From Sphyrna mokarran (taxonomy: Eukaryota), in NCBI GenBank assembly GCA_024679065.1, contig JAGIQG010000009.1, positions 91,636,001-91,700,000 on the forward strand: a stretch of DNA of 64,000 bases. Reading direction: 5' to 3'. Below, one piece after another: positions 34,501-48,100 of the stretch. The first letter of the stretch is position 1; every line of letters begins with the position of its first letter. The position numbers and the translations under genes are program-made. The notes beneath the pieces are model-generated. The model searched no databases and was not told the origin of the DNA. It was given only the letters and a program-made list of their open reading frames with translations.

Positions 34501-36114
34501 TGGAAAATTTTCCCCTGATACCCATTACACTGGTTTTACGAGGGCTCCTTGATGCCAAAACTCGGTTGAATGCGGCCTTGATGTCAAAAGCTCTCACTCT
34601 CATCTTACCCCTGGAACTCAGCTCTTTTGTTCATGTTTAAATCAAACCTGTAATGAGATCAGGGGCTGAGTGACCCCAGAGGAACCCAAACTGGGTGTCA
34701 CTGAGCAGGTTATTGCTGAGTAAATGCCGCTTGATGGCACTGTTGATGAACTTTCATCACTTTACTGATGATTGACAGTAGACTGACTGGGCTGTAATTG
34801 CCTGGGTTAAATTTGTCCTGATCCTAGTGTACAGCACATACCTGGGCAATTTTATACATTCCCATTCTTCTCACTGTACTGGAATAGCTTGGCGAGGGAA
34901 GCAGCGAGTTCTGGAGCACAAGTCTTCAACACTATTCCCAGGATGTTGTCCTTCCACACCAACACACTCACTTTGAGGTTCCCTACACTTCTCATTACTG
35001 AGAAGCTGGTGAGCCTTCACCTCCAGCTCACTGGGAAATGTGCTGAAGTTTGATTCTCTAAAGTTAGGACATGGCTTCCTCTCCTCTGTCTCTCACACTG
35101 ACATCTTCAGTTAACAAGTCAATCAATGCTAATGGAAAATAGTGAATGATGCTGACATTTGGTCTGAACTCAGCCAGTTCACATTGGATTGAACTTCAAC
35201 AACTGCCCATTCCAATCGTCACAAGCTGCTGAGTGAATGAATTAAACCCTTCCTGTGAAATCAGTGATGAAGAATTCAGACAAATCAAACACAGAGTTAT
35301 TTATTGATTACAATCCACAGTTATCGATGTTTCATTATGATCCTGATTATAGATTTTACTCCATGAATGTGTTATAATATTAAAATAAACAACCGTAGAA
35401 CACATCAGATATAATATTATATAAAGAACAAAATGTGCCACTGTGTAATAATTTAAATTCTGACATTCTGTCATGTCTCAGAGTTACAATTTAGATTGGC
35501 AATATTAATATCTCAGCAATATTCACACTGAGAAATTTGACATGTTTTTCAGCCACTCCCTGTAATTATGATGGGAGGTCTTCCCCCATTGAGTGTCTCC
35601 AGTAACTGTCCCAAGCTGTATCGTGTCCCTCACCAGTATTCCTGGACCTTGCATTGTGACAATCTGAAACTCTCAGTCATGGAGAACCCTTTTCCCTGGA
35701 AAAGCTGTGAGTTTCAGGCGGATTTTCACTGAGTTGATGGTCCTCCAGCAGGAAATTGTGTTTATTTCAGTGTGTGTTTCTGGGAACAGCCTGTACAGCG
35801 TACAGTCCTGTATAAAGGAGCTACTGGGATGAACATTGTGTGACTGTGTGGGAATTCATCAGATCAAATTTCGTTTTACTTCATTTCATATAACTTAGAA
35901 AGTGAAGCGGGAAAACTGCCCAGCACCAGAAAAATGTTTCCAACATCCCGATTGTCATCTCCCTTATCAGATATATCACATAATCTTTGATACGGATTCC
36001 AAAAAGTCTTCATCAAAATCCGCAAACATTTAAAGACATTTAAAAATTTAAGCAATCAGAAAGTGAGAAAAGTGCACAAACTGTGAATGTATTTCATTCC
36101 CAACAATCTGTCCC

Positions 36115-36158
36115 TCAGTCACTCACTGGAGCTGTTGTGTACGTCCCACTTGGTGAAT
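36115..36158 (-). CDS. Gene C cytoplasmic exon
   Basis: Identical to the gene B exon. Confidence 0.7.
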
Positions 36159-39100
36159 CTGCAGAAGTGAAATAAATGTCAGTTAGAATGGGGAATAATC
36201 CATTCTCAGAGAGTGAGAACACAACAAGTGTGAGGGAATGGAGATTGTGTGAGAAATACTCATTCTCACACTCCCCTCCATCCTTACACTTTATGGAGAT
36301 CCTGTAGATCTCTTCCATTCCATCCATATTCAGTAGGTGAGGATGTGAGTGTGTGCGGTGGCTTTAATGATCAATATTATACCTGGTCTGGGCTGATCAC
36401 ACAAAGGAAAATCAGACAGGGAACAAGAGGTGTTTATACGTGTGTATCTGTGGATGGGAATTAAATCAGTTCATTCAACACAGTGTCCTGAATTCCCAGT
36501 ACTGGAGATTCCCCACACTCACTCTGTCCCCTCAGTTCTACATTCCCCTCTCTCTGATTCTTACCTCTCCGCTGTCTTTTCCAGATGACTATTCCGATTA
36601 TCCCAAATATAACAGCCAGTGCAGGGATCACTGTTCCGATTATAATTCCTAAATTGAAATTTCCTCCACAGTTTTCTGGTATTTCTGAAAAACATTTGAA
36701 TAATATGAGGATTGTTTCTCTGTTCCCGGGTCCATTCGCAGTTTTCTGTTCACTGGGGACAATTGGAACTGAATCTGCCCATTGAGAATTGATGGGATTT
36801 TCTGAAACACTGGTTTTATACTTGCCCCATTTCACCCTCCAGTGAAGTGACGAAAGATTCCCATTGATGGTGATGTCAAAGCCGTGTTATTCCCAAACCC
36901 ATGGGATATCATCACAGCCAGTTCAGTTCTAATTCTCTCCAATGTCCGTGTGTCCTGTCTTTATTCAATCCCCAGGGTTAAATTGTATGTCCCAGGAGGC
37001 AGCATCACTGATGGTTTTCACATCAAACACACACATACACACAGAACAGTTTGACAGTTCCTTACCCAACTGATAGAGCTTGGGCTCTGCCAGACTGCTG
37101 TGTTCAATTCGACAGGAGTATTGATCCTCATCCCCAGCATTTATTTCAATCTCTTTCTGGATCTGATGGCTCCCATCGTGGTTCGGTCGAATCCCCGAGG
37201 ATAGTGTCTCAGACATTACCTCTCCATTCCTTAACCAGTTCACCTCGATGTCTACAGGATAAAAGCCAGTAACCAGGCAGGAGAGAGTGAGGGGCTTGTA
37301 CTGACTATTGGGCTCTCTTCTGGAGATGAAGACTTCAGGCTGAACTGTAATGGGAAAGGGTGAAAACACAAACAATAAACCCACACTGAATGGAATGGGA
37401 GAACAGTTTGATAAATCAGTGAAGTTAGAGCAGAACATGGATTGAAAACTGAAATCAATACCTTTCCGTCCAAAATATTCCTTTCCAGCTTCCAAATATT
37501 TGTGTAAATGTTGAACAAATTCTCCATGCAGATGTTGTTCCCAGTAATTATTCCAGGATTGATCAGAATCCCATTTCTCTTTAGTCTTCACTGCAAAGTG
37601 ATTGGATGCGACCCATCTCATTCTGTCTGGCTCTAAACTAATATAGTCCTTTCCATCGAATCCAAACTGCATCGATCTCTTAATGGAGCCGTCTTCAGTG
37701 ACATCGGCAGACATTATCCATTGGAAAATATGGATTCCTGTCAGAGAGCAAATGATGATCAATATTCAGTGAACTGGAAGATTGGAAATATTGCTTTGTT
37801 AATCAATAAATTGGAGAAATGATCTTTGTGATAGAATTGTCAGCAAAACTGAAATCCCTGGAATAAAATAAGCAGCATCAGAATGTAAACAAACTTGCCG
37901 AATGGATCGGAAACAGAGTGGCCAGGATTCTCCCAAAATAATTCAACTGTCAAATTCGTTTGAAACCTGGAGTAAATCACGTTTGTTTTTACAGCGGGAG
38001 TACATTGCAATCAGTATATTGCAGAGAGCACGAGCAGGTTTCACACTGAAAAGCTGTCGGTGGGGCCTATTCCCGCTGGAGAGACTGACAGCAAAGTGCT
38101 GAGTGGGCCACTGCACATGTGCCAATCAGTCAGATTGGTGCATGCTCTGTCGCCCCTGTCTACCGGCCTCCCAATTTCCGGCTGGCTCGATCGCTGGTCA
38201 GTTCTGCAATTCCCACAACATTAGCCCCCCACACAGCCCGATCTCTGGTCCCCTGAACATTCACGCACCATCTCCCATCCCTCCTGCCCTTCCAGCCCGC
38301 CCTAATCTCCAGTACCCTCTGATCCCACATGCTCTTGACAATTACCCCTTCCCACAGTGCCAACCATTCCACACTCCGTAGTGCCAGCTCGCCCTCCCCC
38401 GTGTAAGGCAGCCCCACTACCCCGCACCTCCAGTGCGCTGACCCCACACCCACCCCGATGGCCACCCCTGATCGTTGGCCTTCCTCCCTCCCCCATGATC
38501 CTCCATGGTGGCACAGTGGACAGTGAAGAAAGTTATCTCCAATTGCAACGGGATCTTGATCAATTGGGCCAAAGGGCTGACGAATGGCAGATGGAGTTTA
38601 ACTTAGGCAAATGCGAGGTGATGCATTTGACCTCAACAGATCAAAATGTGACTTCCTGTCAGAAATTAAACAAGGATCAATCATCATCAGACTATCTTTT
38701 CAGTGGAGAAAGGGAATTTAGTCTGAGATAGAAATGGATGGAATCTTCCTCTGTCATTAGAAATAGGAAGCTGAGCAGTGAGATTACTAAATTAGATGGA
38801 GCCAGTGCTGGGGGACTGAGCTCAGTGTCCCAGGGGTCAGTGCTGGGGGACTGAGTTCAGTGTCCCAGGGGTTAGTGCTGGGAGACTGAGCTCAGTGTCC
38901 CAGGGGTCAGCGCTGGGGGACTGAGTTCAGTGTCCCAGGGGTCAGTGCTGGGGGACTGAGTTCAGTGTCCCAGGGGTCAGTGCTGGGGGACTGAGATCAG
39001 TGTCCCAGGGGTCAGTGCTGGGGGACTGAGTTCAGTGTCCCAGGGGTCAGTGCTGGGGGACTGAGTTCAGTGTCCAAGGGTCAGTGCTGGGGGACTGAGT

Positions 39101-42100
39101 TCAGTGTCCCAGGGGTCAGTGCTGGGGGACTGAGCTCAGTGTCCCAGGGGTCAGTGCTGGGGGACTGAGTTCAGTGTCCCAGGGGTCAGTGCTGGGGGAC
39201 TGAGTTCAGTGTCCCAGGGGTCAGTGCTGGGGGACTGAGTTCAGTGTCCCAGGGGTCAGTGCTGGGGGACTGAGCTCAGTGCCCCAGGGGGACTGACTTC
39301 AGTGTCCAAAGGGTCAGTGCTGGGGGGACTGAGCTCAGTGTCCCAGGGGTCAGTGCTGGGGGGACTGAGCTCAGTGTCCCAGGGGTCAGTGCTGGGGGGA
39401 CTGAGCTCAGTGTCCCAGGGGTCAGTGCTGGGGGGGACTGAGCTCAGTGTCCCAGGGGTCAGTGCCGGGGGACTAAGTTCAGTGTCCCAGGGGTCAGTGC
39501 TGGGGGACTGAGTTCAGTGTCCCAGGGGTCAGTGCTGGGGGACTGAGTTCAGTGTAAGGTTGTACATCAACACGCTGATTCTCTCTGCCTGTTCTTACCG
39601 AATGTCTGGTTTGTGATCTTCAGCACTGTATTCAGAGTCTCCTTTGCCGTGTTTGACTGTGAGTTCACCGTTTCTGTGATATAATCCAAGAATTCAGGGG
39701 TGATATTTTCAGCAATGAACCTCTGCCTGGGAGTGCAGCGACGGATGTTACTGTCATAATATCCTATTTGGACACCATTGACTATTGCAATGCTTGTGAC
39801 CTCAGGAAAATCTTCTATCCCAGAGACAACATTACGCATCACCATGAGTGTGTTAGTGTCTGTAAAAGAAACAGTTAAAGGGACGGGTCAATAAACATCT
39901 CTGATCATCAGAACAATCTCACAGGACTTCACCATCCCCTCTCCTCCCGTCCCCAATGACTATCCCTACAGAGCCCCTAAACACAATCCCCTACTCCCGA
40001 TCACCATCCTCTCCCCGATCACCACCCTGTCCCCGAAAACCACCCTGTCCCCGAAAACCAACCTATCCCCGAGCACCATCCTCTCCCCGAGCACCACCAC
40101 CTATCCCGATTATCACCCCTTACCCCGATCACTAATCCCTCCCGCAATCATCAATTCCTACATTCGATCACCATCCTCTCTCCTGATTACTACTCCCTCG
40201 TTCCCTCTCTCTTAATTACCACTCACTCCCCAATCATCATTTCCCCCCCAATCACTACCCCTACGTCCCAATAACCATTCTCTCCTCCCGATTACCACAC
40301 CCTCTCTTCCCGATCACCCACCCCTCCCCTGGTCACCACCCCCTCCTCTCAATCACCATTAGAGGCATAACCACCCCCCCCCCCCCCCCCCCCCCCCCCC
40401 CCACCAACCACCACCACCACTGCCGCCGAACACCACCCCGAATGCGCCAGTAACACAGTCTGGGAGGCTGTGTAATCGGCCATCAGTGTCCGCGTCCTGC
40501 TACAGAGGACCGGGGAACCAGTGTCAGAAGAGGATGAATAACCTTCTTTGGGCAGGAAGGGTCAGGGTCCATCCCATCCTGATATCGGTCCCATCTGTTG
40601 CCCCTGCAATGTCGAGTCATCCGCCTGACACTCTGCAGCCTCCCAGCACCCGGCCTCCAAGGATATTCCTCCAACCCCTCAGTCACCCCCACTTACAACC
40701 ACAGACTGCCCAGGCACAGCCCCGATAAACCCACCCCCTACACCCTGTGTCCTTACAGCCATCAGGTTTTCAATCCCTCCTTTCTCTCCATGGGATGAAG
40801 TTGACCATAAGCACCAGGATCATGCAAAACTGGAGGTAGGGTCCCCGAGCTGCATCTCCTCACTACCTTTGAGGATGGCTATGGAGTCAACAGGGAAAGA
40901 TGAGGAGAATGGAATATAAAAGTAGGGAAAGCTTGCGAAAATTATACAAGACACCAGTTAGACCACATCTGGAAAACTGTGATCAGTTTTATTCTCCTTA
41001 TCTCAGGGAAAATATACTGGCATTGGAAGCAGTCCGGAGAAGGTTCACCAGGTTGATACTGAGTATGGAGGGATTTTCTTATGAGGAGAGGTTGAGTAGA
41101 TTGCGCCTGTACTCATTGGAGTTGAGCAGAATGAGAGGTGACCTTATTGAGACATATCGGATTCTCAGGGGTTTGACAGGGTAGACATTGAGAGGTTGTT
41201 TCTCCCTGTGGAAGAATTCCAAGACTGGGGATGGGGTCCCCGAGCTGCATCTCCTCAATGCCTCTGAGGAGCACTATGGGGCTAGCAGGGAAGGGTGAGG
41301 AGGGAATGGTCACTGATGGTCAGGTCGGGGTTCACCATGATAGTGAGCATTTCCAAAACCCGAGTTCAAATGGCTCAATCCAGGTAATGGCATACTGCCC
41401 AGACACTTGTCCCTTTCTACTTTCCTTGTATTCTTCTGGAATACGAAGAATGTGGAAAGAAAGTTAAGCAAGGAGTAAGGAGGGATAAAAAAGATCATAT
41501 AAAAACACTGGCCAGCAGGATTAAGGAAAATGCCAGGGCTTTTTATACATAAGTAAAGAGCAAGAGGGTAGCCATGGAAAGGATTGGCCCACTCAAGGAC
41601 AAGGGAGGGAATGTATGTGTGGAGTCAGAGGCAATGGGCAAAATATTAAATAAATAGTTTGCATCGGTATTCACCAAAGAGAATGACTTGGTGGATGATG
41701 AGTCTAGGAAAAGATGGGTAGATAGTTTGAATGATGTTGAGATCAAAAAGGAGAGATATTGGGGTTCTTGAGAGACATTAAGGTAGAGAAGTCCCCAGGG
41801 CCTAATGGGATATACCCCAGAATACTGAGAGAGACAAGGGAGGAAATTGCTGAGGCCTTGAGAGAAATCTTTGTATCTTCACTGGCTCCAGGGGAGGTCC
41901 CAAAGGATTGAAGAATAGCCAATGTTGTTCCTTTGTTTAAGAAGGATAGCAAGAATAATCCAGGTTATTGCAGGCTGGATCATCAGTGGTAGGGAAAATT
42001 ATTGGAGAGGATTCTTCGAGACAGGATTTGTTCCCACTTGGAAATAAGTAGACATATTAGAGGCAACATGGTTTTGTGAAGGGGAGATCATGTCTCACAA

Positions 42101-45100
42101 ACTTCATCGAGTTTTTCAAGAAAGTGATGAAGATGATTAATGAGGGTAGGGCAGTGGATGTTGTCTACATGGACTTCAGTAAGGCCCTTGACAGGATCCC
42201 TCATGACAGACTGATGTAAAAGGTAAAGTCACATGGTATCAGAGATGAGCTGGCAAAGTGGATATAAAACTCGCTCGGTCAAAGAAGACAGAGGGTAGCA
42301 GTGGAAGGATGCACTTCTGAACAGAGGGCTGTGACTAGTGCTGTTCCTCAGGGATCAGTGCTGAGATCGTCGCTGTTTGTAATATATATAAATGATTTGC
42401 AGGAAAATGTAACTGATTCGATTAGAAAGTTTGCAGATGACACAAATGTTGGCGGTTTTGATGATAGCAATGATGAACATCAAAGGATACAGCAGGATAT
42501 AGATCAGTTGGAGAATTGCAGATGGGGTTTAATCCAGACAAATGTGAGGTAATACATTTTGGAAGGTCTAATACGGATAGAAAATGTACAGTAAATGGCA
42601 GAATCCTTTAGAGTATTGACAGGCAAAGGGATCTGAATGTACAGGTACACAGGTCACTCACTGAAAGTGACAATAGAGGTAGAGAAAGTGGTCAGGAAAG
42701 CAAATGATATGCTTGCCTTCATTGGACGGGCGATTGAGTTTTAAAATTTACAAGTCATGTTGACGCTTTATACAATCTTAGTCAGGCCGCACTTGGAATG
42801 TAGTGTTCAATTCTGGTCACCACATTACCAGCAGGATGTGGAAGCTTTGGAGAAAGTACAGAAAAAATATACCAGGACGTTTCCAGGTATGGAGGGCATT
42901 AGCTATGAGGAGAGATTGGAGAAACTTGGTTTGTTCTCACTGGAACCACAAAGATTGAGGGGTGACTTAACAGAAGTCTACAAGATAATAAGAGGCATGG
43001 ACTGAGTGGATAGTCAGAAGCTTTTTCCCAGGATGGAAGAGTCATTTACTAGAGGGCACAGGTTTAAGATGCAAGAGTTTAAAGGAAATGTATGAGGCAG
43101 ATTTTTTTACACCACAAGTATTGGGAGCCTGGAACGTGTTGCTGGGGGAGGTAGTGGAAGCAGAGACTGTGCTGACTTTTAAGGGGCGTCTTGACAAGTA
43201 TACGAATAGGACGGGAATAGAGGGATTTGGTCCTGGAAAGATAGGGGGTTTTAGTCCAGTGAGGCAGCATGGTCAGTGCAGGCTTGGAGGGTCAAAGGGC
43301 CTGTTCCTGTGGTATAATTTTCTTTGTTCTTTGTTCTCTTGCACTGAACCTTGTGTTATCTGTTACAGGAAATGATCCAGATGCATTAAACCCTCCCACT
43401 CCGCTCCTCCTAAGATGCACAATGGCAGCTGGAAGAAAACCTCGGAGGAAGGCCCTGAGGAAATCGCCAAGCTCAGCATTTGTCAATTGACACCAGCTTC
43501 CACCACACAATCCACCAGCGCAGATACGATCAGCTCAGTGGGACAAGTTAGTGCTGAGGCTTCTGGGTCACTTACTGGTGGGGCACCACACAGTCTTTAA
43601 TCTACATCGGGTGAAGGTGGGAATGTCGACGGTTCGGGCACACGGAGTTCTTCCAGAGCTAAGGATGCATCTGGCCCCAAGCCAAGTGCTAGGCCTCTGG
43701 GATCGGTCATCCCAAAACTGCTGGAGCTCCATCAGCAGCAACGGTGGAGGGACTGTCAGTAACACTGCATCAACTGTGAGGCTTTTGGAGGAATCTAACA
43801 GATTTCTGTCACAGGAGGTGGTACCGGTACAGTGTGGTACTCAGACTAACACTGCAAGGGTCGCATCCACAGTGGAAAGCCTGGGGTAAGGATTGGTCAC
43901 CATGGTTGACAGGGTGCAGACCATCCTAGAGACACAAACTTGATCCAGTCTCAGGGGGCATCGCTGAGGGCTTGTACACCATGGGGCAGATGTAGTTGGC
44001 GATTCCAGGACTGACAGAGCCACATGATGCTGAGGCTTTTGACTTCAGCTGGTCCACCGTCCCATGGAGTATACCTGATAGATATGGGCACACGGAGAAA
44101 GGAGGGAGGTTTGGAGCCCATGCTGGGGCCTTCCCCAGACACCAGACATCCCTAAATCTTCTGATTCCACCTCCCACCCTTTCCTGACACCAGAGCATCT
44201 CACGGGCAGTGGGATGAACAGGGTGGTATGGCTAAACTAGTGTCATACGCAAGTCAGCCAGACACCTCCAGGTCTCAGCCCACCCAGGGGTCTCTCACCA
44301 AGGGGATCACAGGCCATGGGGTGTGGAATGCAATAGGGTGTCTCCCCATCCAATGTGTATCCTGAGGGGTCACCCTGGTGCAGTAAAAGAAATTGTAAAA
44401 TTCAGAAGTTCCAGTGTCATCAGGATGGCACGAGTCAGAAAAAGGACAATAGATACTGTTTAGAATGACATACCCCTGTTATATTGCACAATTAAATATC
44501 ATCCCTTCATGTTATTTGTACTGTTAGTTGCACCAAGAAATATTATTGCACCCCCAGCTGTGACTAATCTTTCTGTGATTCCTGCCCGACAGGGATGACC
44601 GTATCCTGACTGCACACAAAGAGGCGCAGAACGTCAAGCTGTGTGACAGAGGCCCTTCGGCCAGTAGGCACAGACAGCCTGCCCTGGTATCTCCAGCATC
44701 CACTGCACCCTGTGGCAAACTGCCCCCCTCTGCACCCACAGGGTTTTGTTCCCACCTTAAACCCACACAGACCACTGACTGCACGTTTATATCTGAGCCG
44801 CACATTCATATGTGTTCCCAGGTACCAGTGTAAACAGAGAGGGCAAGTAGGATTCAGATTTGTGTGGTATCAGGGCAGCATCACAGTGTGTCGCAGAGTG
44901 AGTCATCATCACCCTCCTGCCTGGACCAAGGACTCACTAGCATGCCCAGCCCACTCCCATCACCCTGGTGTGATGCCATTTGGATCTTTGTACCCCACCA
45001 GCCAACGGGGCAACCTGAGCTGCTCCTCAAAGAGCCCCGGGAATGTCCGAACTCCAGAGGATGTAGCTGTTGTGCACACACTCCCTGGGTGTTGTACACA

Positions 45101-48100
45101 CACGTACATGACATTCAGCCTGTGGTCACGGACAATCTGTACATTCAGGAAGTGCAACCCCTTCCTACTGATGAAGTGCAGTCCCTGATCATGTGGGATC
45201 CACTGGATAATGTGAATGCCATCTCCAGCCCTCTGCACATGGGGCAGTGCAGTGATGGTGGTGAAACCTGTAGTCCTTGCTTCCTGTTGGACCTGATCCA
45301 TGTTGAAGTGGATGTAATTGGCTGGATTCCTGGGAGGATCTGGTGGTGTAGAAGTTGAGGGCACCGTGACCTTCACTGCCACCGGGAGTGGGTGTCCTCC
45401 TGTGCCTCGAGTTACCAGGTCTGAGGAGATGAAACAGGTGCCACACTGTCTCCTTACTGAGACGGAGCCTGCAGCATCATGTGGCTTCCATCATCCCTGC
45501 AAAGCATCTACAAGTCCTGTACACACTGAGCCTCCACCTCCTCCTTCCCCTGCCCCCCTCCCCTGTGGCAGGATGTACTGCCATGTTCTGGCCCTGACCG
45601 GCAGCCCCCTGCCCTCCTGCTGTGGCTTCTGCCTTCTGGCCACGCAGGGAGAGAAGAGGAGTGGGTTTGCCAGGCTACCCATTGCGGACCCTTGAGGCCT
45701 GGGTATGGGTGTTATCACCGCAGTACCTTCCAGGTACATGTGGCATTTCAGACATTCGGGACAGGAGCAGCCTCATGACTATCACAGGATGGGTTCCCAT
45801 CGCAGGCAGCAGTGCAGAGTCCAGGCAATGTGAAGAACCATGTTAACAACGGCACAACTCCTGTGCTTGGAGCAGCAGCTGACAGAACTGCTGTCTGTTA
45901 CTATTAGTGGGGCCTGGGATACAAGGTCTGGAGTCAGCCGCAGTGTCTGTCCAGCAGACAGACAGCAAAACAAACAGGTCAATATTTGTGGGTTGGTGAT
46001 GAACATTATGTGGCACCTTTCGGGGGTCTCTGTGTAGCCTGGGGAAATGTGTGCACCATGAACCTGCTGCAAGTGGTGACTCCCAGCACTGGGCCCCCCG
46101 GGGGAGGTGGTGGTGAAGTGGACTTGTCCTGAGACTGAGGGAAATAATCTGGCACCTGGGTTCGATTCCCACCATGGCAAATGGTGAAATTTGAATTCAA
46201 TAGCAGTCCAGAATTAAAAATCTAATGGTGACCAGAAACTGTTATCTATTGTCACAAATACCCATCTGGCTCACTAATGTCCTTTAGGGAAGAAAATCTG
46301 CCATCCTTACCTGGTCTGGTCTACACGTGACTCCAGACCCACAGCAATGTGGTTGAGTCTTAAATGCTCTCAGGAATGGGTAATAAATGCTGGCCCAGCC
46401 AGTGACACCCACATCTCAGGAACAAATAAAAAAGACCTCCATCCCACCCCAGCAATATTGCAGCCCCTGAGTATCTGGTGCCCCCTTTCCCTTGAACTCC
46501 AGGGGAGTCACCAGTGATTCCTAGTTTGGAAAAGTCTAGGAATCACTTGGCAGGAATATTCCGATTTAAATTTCACTCCCAGCTGTGGCTGCCTGGAAAC
46601 ACTCTCACCTCTGACTCAGTATGTTCTGGATTGAAGCTCCCATTCCAGAGACTGGGCTGCACACACAGTGTATTACTGACAGAATGCTGCACTGTCAGAG
46701 GATCAGTCCTGAGGGAGAACTTTCCTCACAGATTAATGGAATAGATCCCGGGACAGAGCAGGATGATCAGAAACTGGATCAATACTGATCCCTGAGACAA
46801 CATCATCCATGTAGATTGTCTAATCAGAGTTTCCTGCACCATAACAGTGAGGACACTAGAAAAGGTATTTCATTGGCTGGAAAGAGCTTTGGTGCATCCT
46901 GGTGTTGTGAAGTCTTTCTGTATCTGCTTTCTCTCTCACACCTTTTGTCAAAATACTTTGGTAACTTTGGAACCGAACATCACTGCTCCCAAATCAAAGT
47001 ACGGATTTTAATTTATTAAGAACATAAGAACCAGGAGCAGGAGTCGGCCATTTGGACCCTCAAACCTGCTCCACCATTCAATAAGGTCATGGCCGATCTT
47101 CTTGTAGACTCAGCTCCACTTACCTGCCCACTCACCGTAACCCTTAATTCCTTTACTATTCAAAAATGTATCTATCCTTGCCTTAAATCATTCAGTTGGA
47201 AGCCTCAACTACTTCACTGGGTAGGAAATTCCACAGATTCACAACCCTTTGTGTGAAGACTTAACTCAGTCCGAAATCTGCTTTTCCTTATTTTGAGGCC
47301 ATGCCCCCAAGTTCTAGTTTCACCCACCGGTGGAAACAACTTTCCTGCTTCTATCTTATCTGTTCCCTTCATAATGTTAGATGTTTTTATAAGATCTCCT
47401 GTCATTCTTCTGAACACCAAAGAGTATAGCTCCAGTCTATTCAGTCTTTTCTCATAAGCCAACCCTCTCAACTGTGAATCTCCTCTGCACCCCTTCCAGT
47501 GTCAGTATATCCTTTCTCAAATAAGGAATCCAAAACTGGTTCGGTATATCCTCAGCAGCACCTTATACAGCTGCAACATAATCTCACTGTTTTTAAACTC
47601 CATCCCTCTGGCAATGAAGAACAAAATCCCATTTGCCTTTTTAATTACCTGCTGCACCTGTAAACCAACACTTTGAGATTCCTGCACAAGGACACCGGCT
47701 CTGTCTGCACAGCAGCACGCTGCAACTTTTTATCATTCAAATCATAGTCTATTTTGCTGATATTCTGACCAAAATAATTGACCTCACATTTACCAACATG
47801 GTGCTCCATCTGCCAGATCCTTGCCCATCAGTTTATTTATATTCCTTTGCAGACTTTCAGCATCCTCTGCACACTTTACTCTTCCACCCATCTTATTGTC
47901 ATCTGCGAATTTTGACACACTACACTTGGTCTCCAACTCCAAATCATCCATGTAAACTGTATTCAATTGCGGTCGCAACATTGATCCCTGAGGCACACCA
48001 CTATCACTAATCACCAGAAAAACATCCATTCAGCCCCACTCTTTGCTTTCTGTTAGTTAAACAATCTGGGGAGTTAGAAGGGCAAAAAGAGGGCATGAAA

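Noticed and set aside
40374-40402. 29-nt poly-C run as a functional element
   Set aside because: Absent from the paralog; homopolymer length is unreliable.
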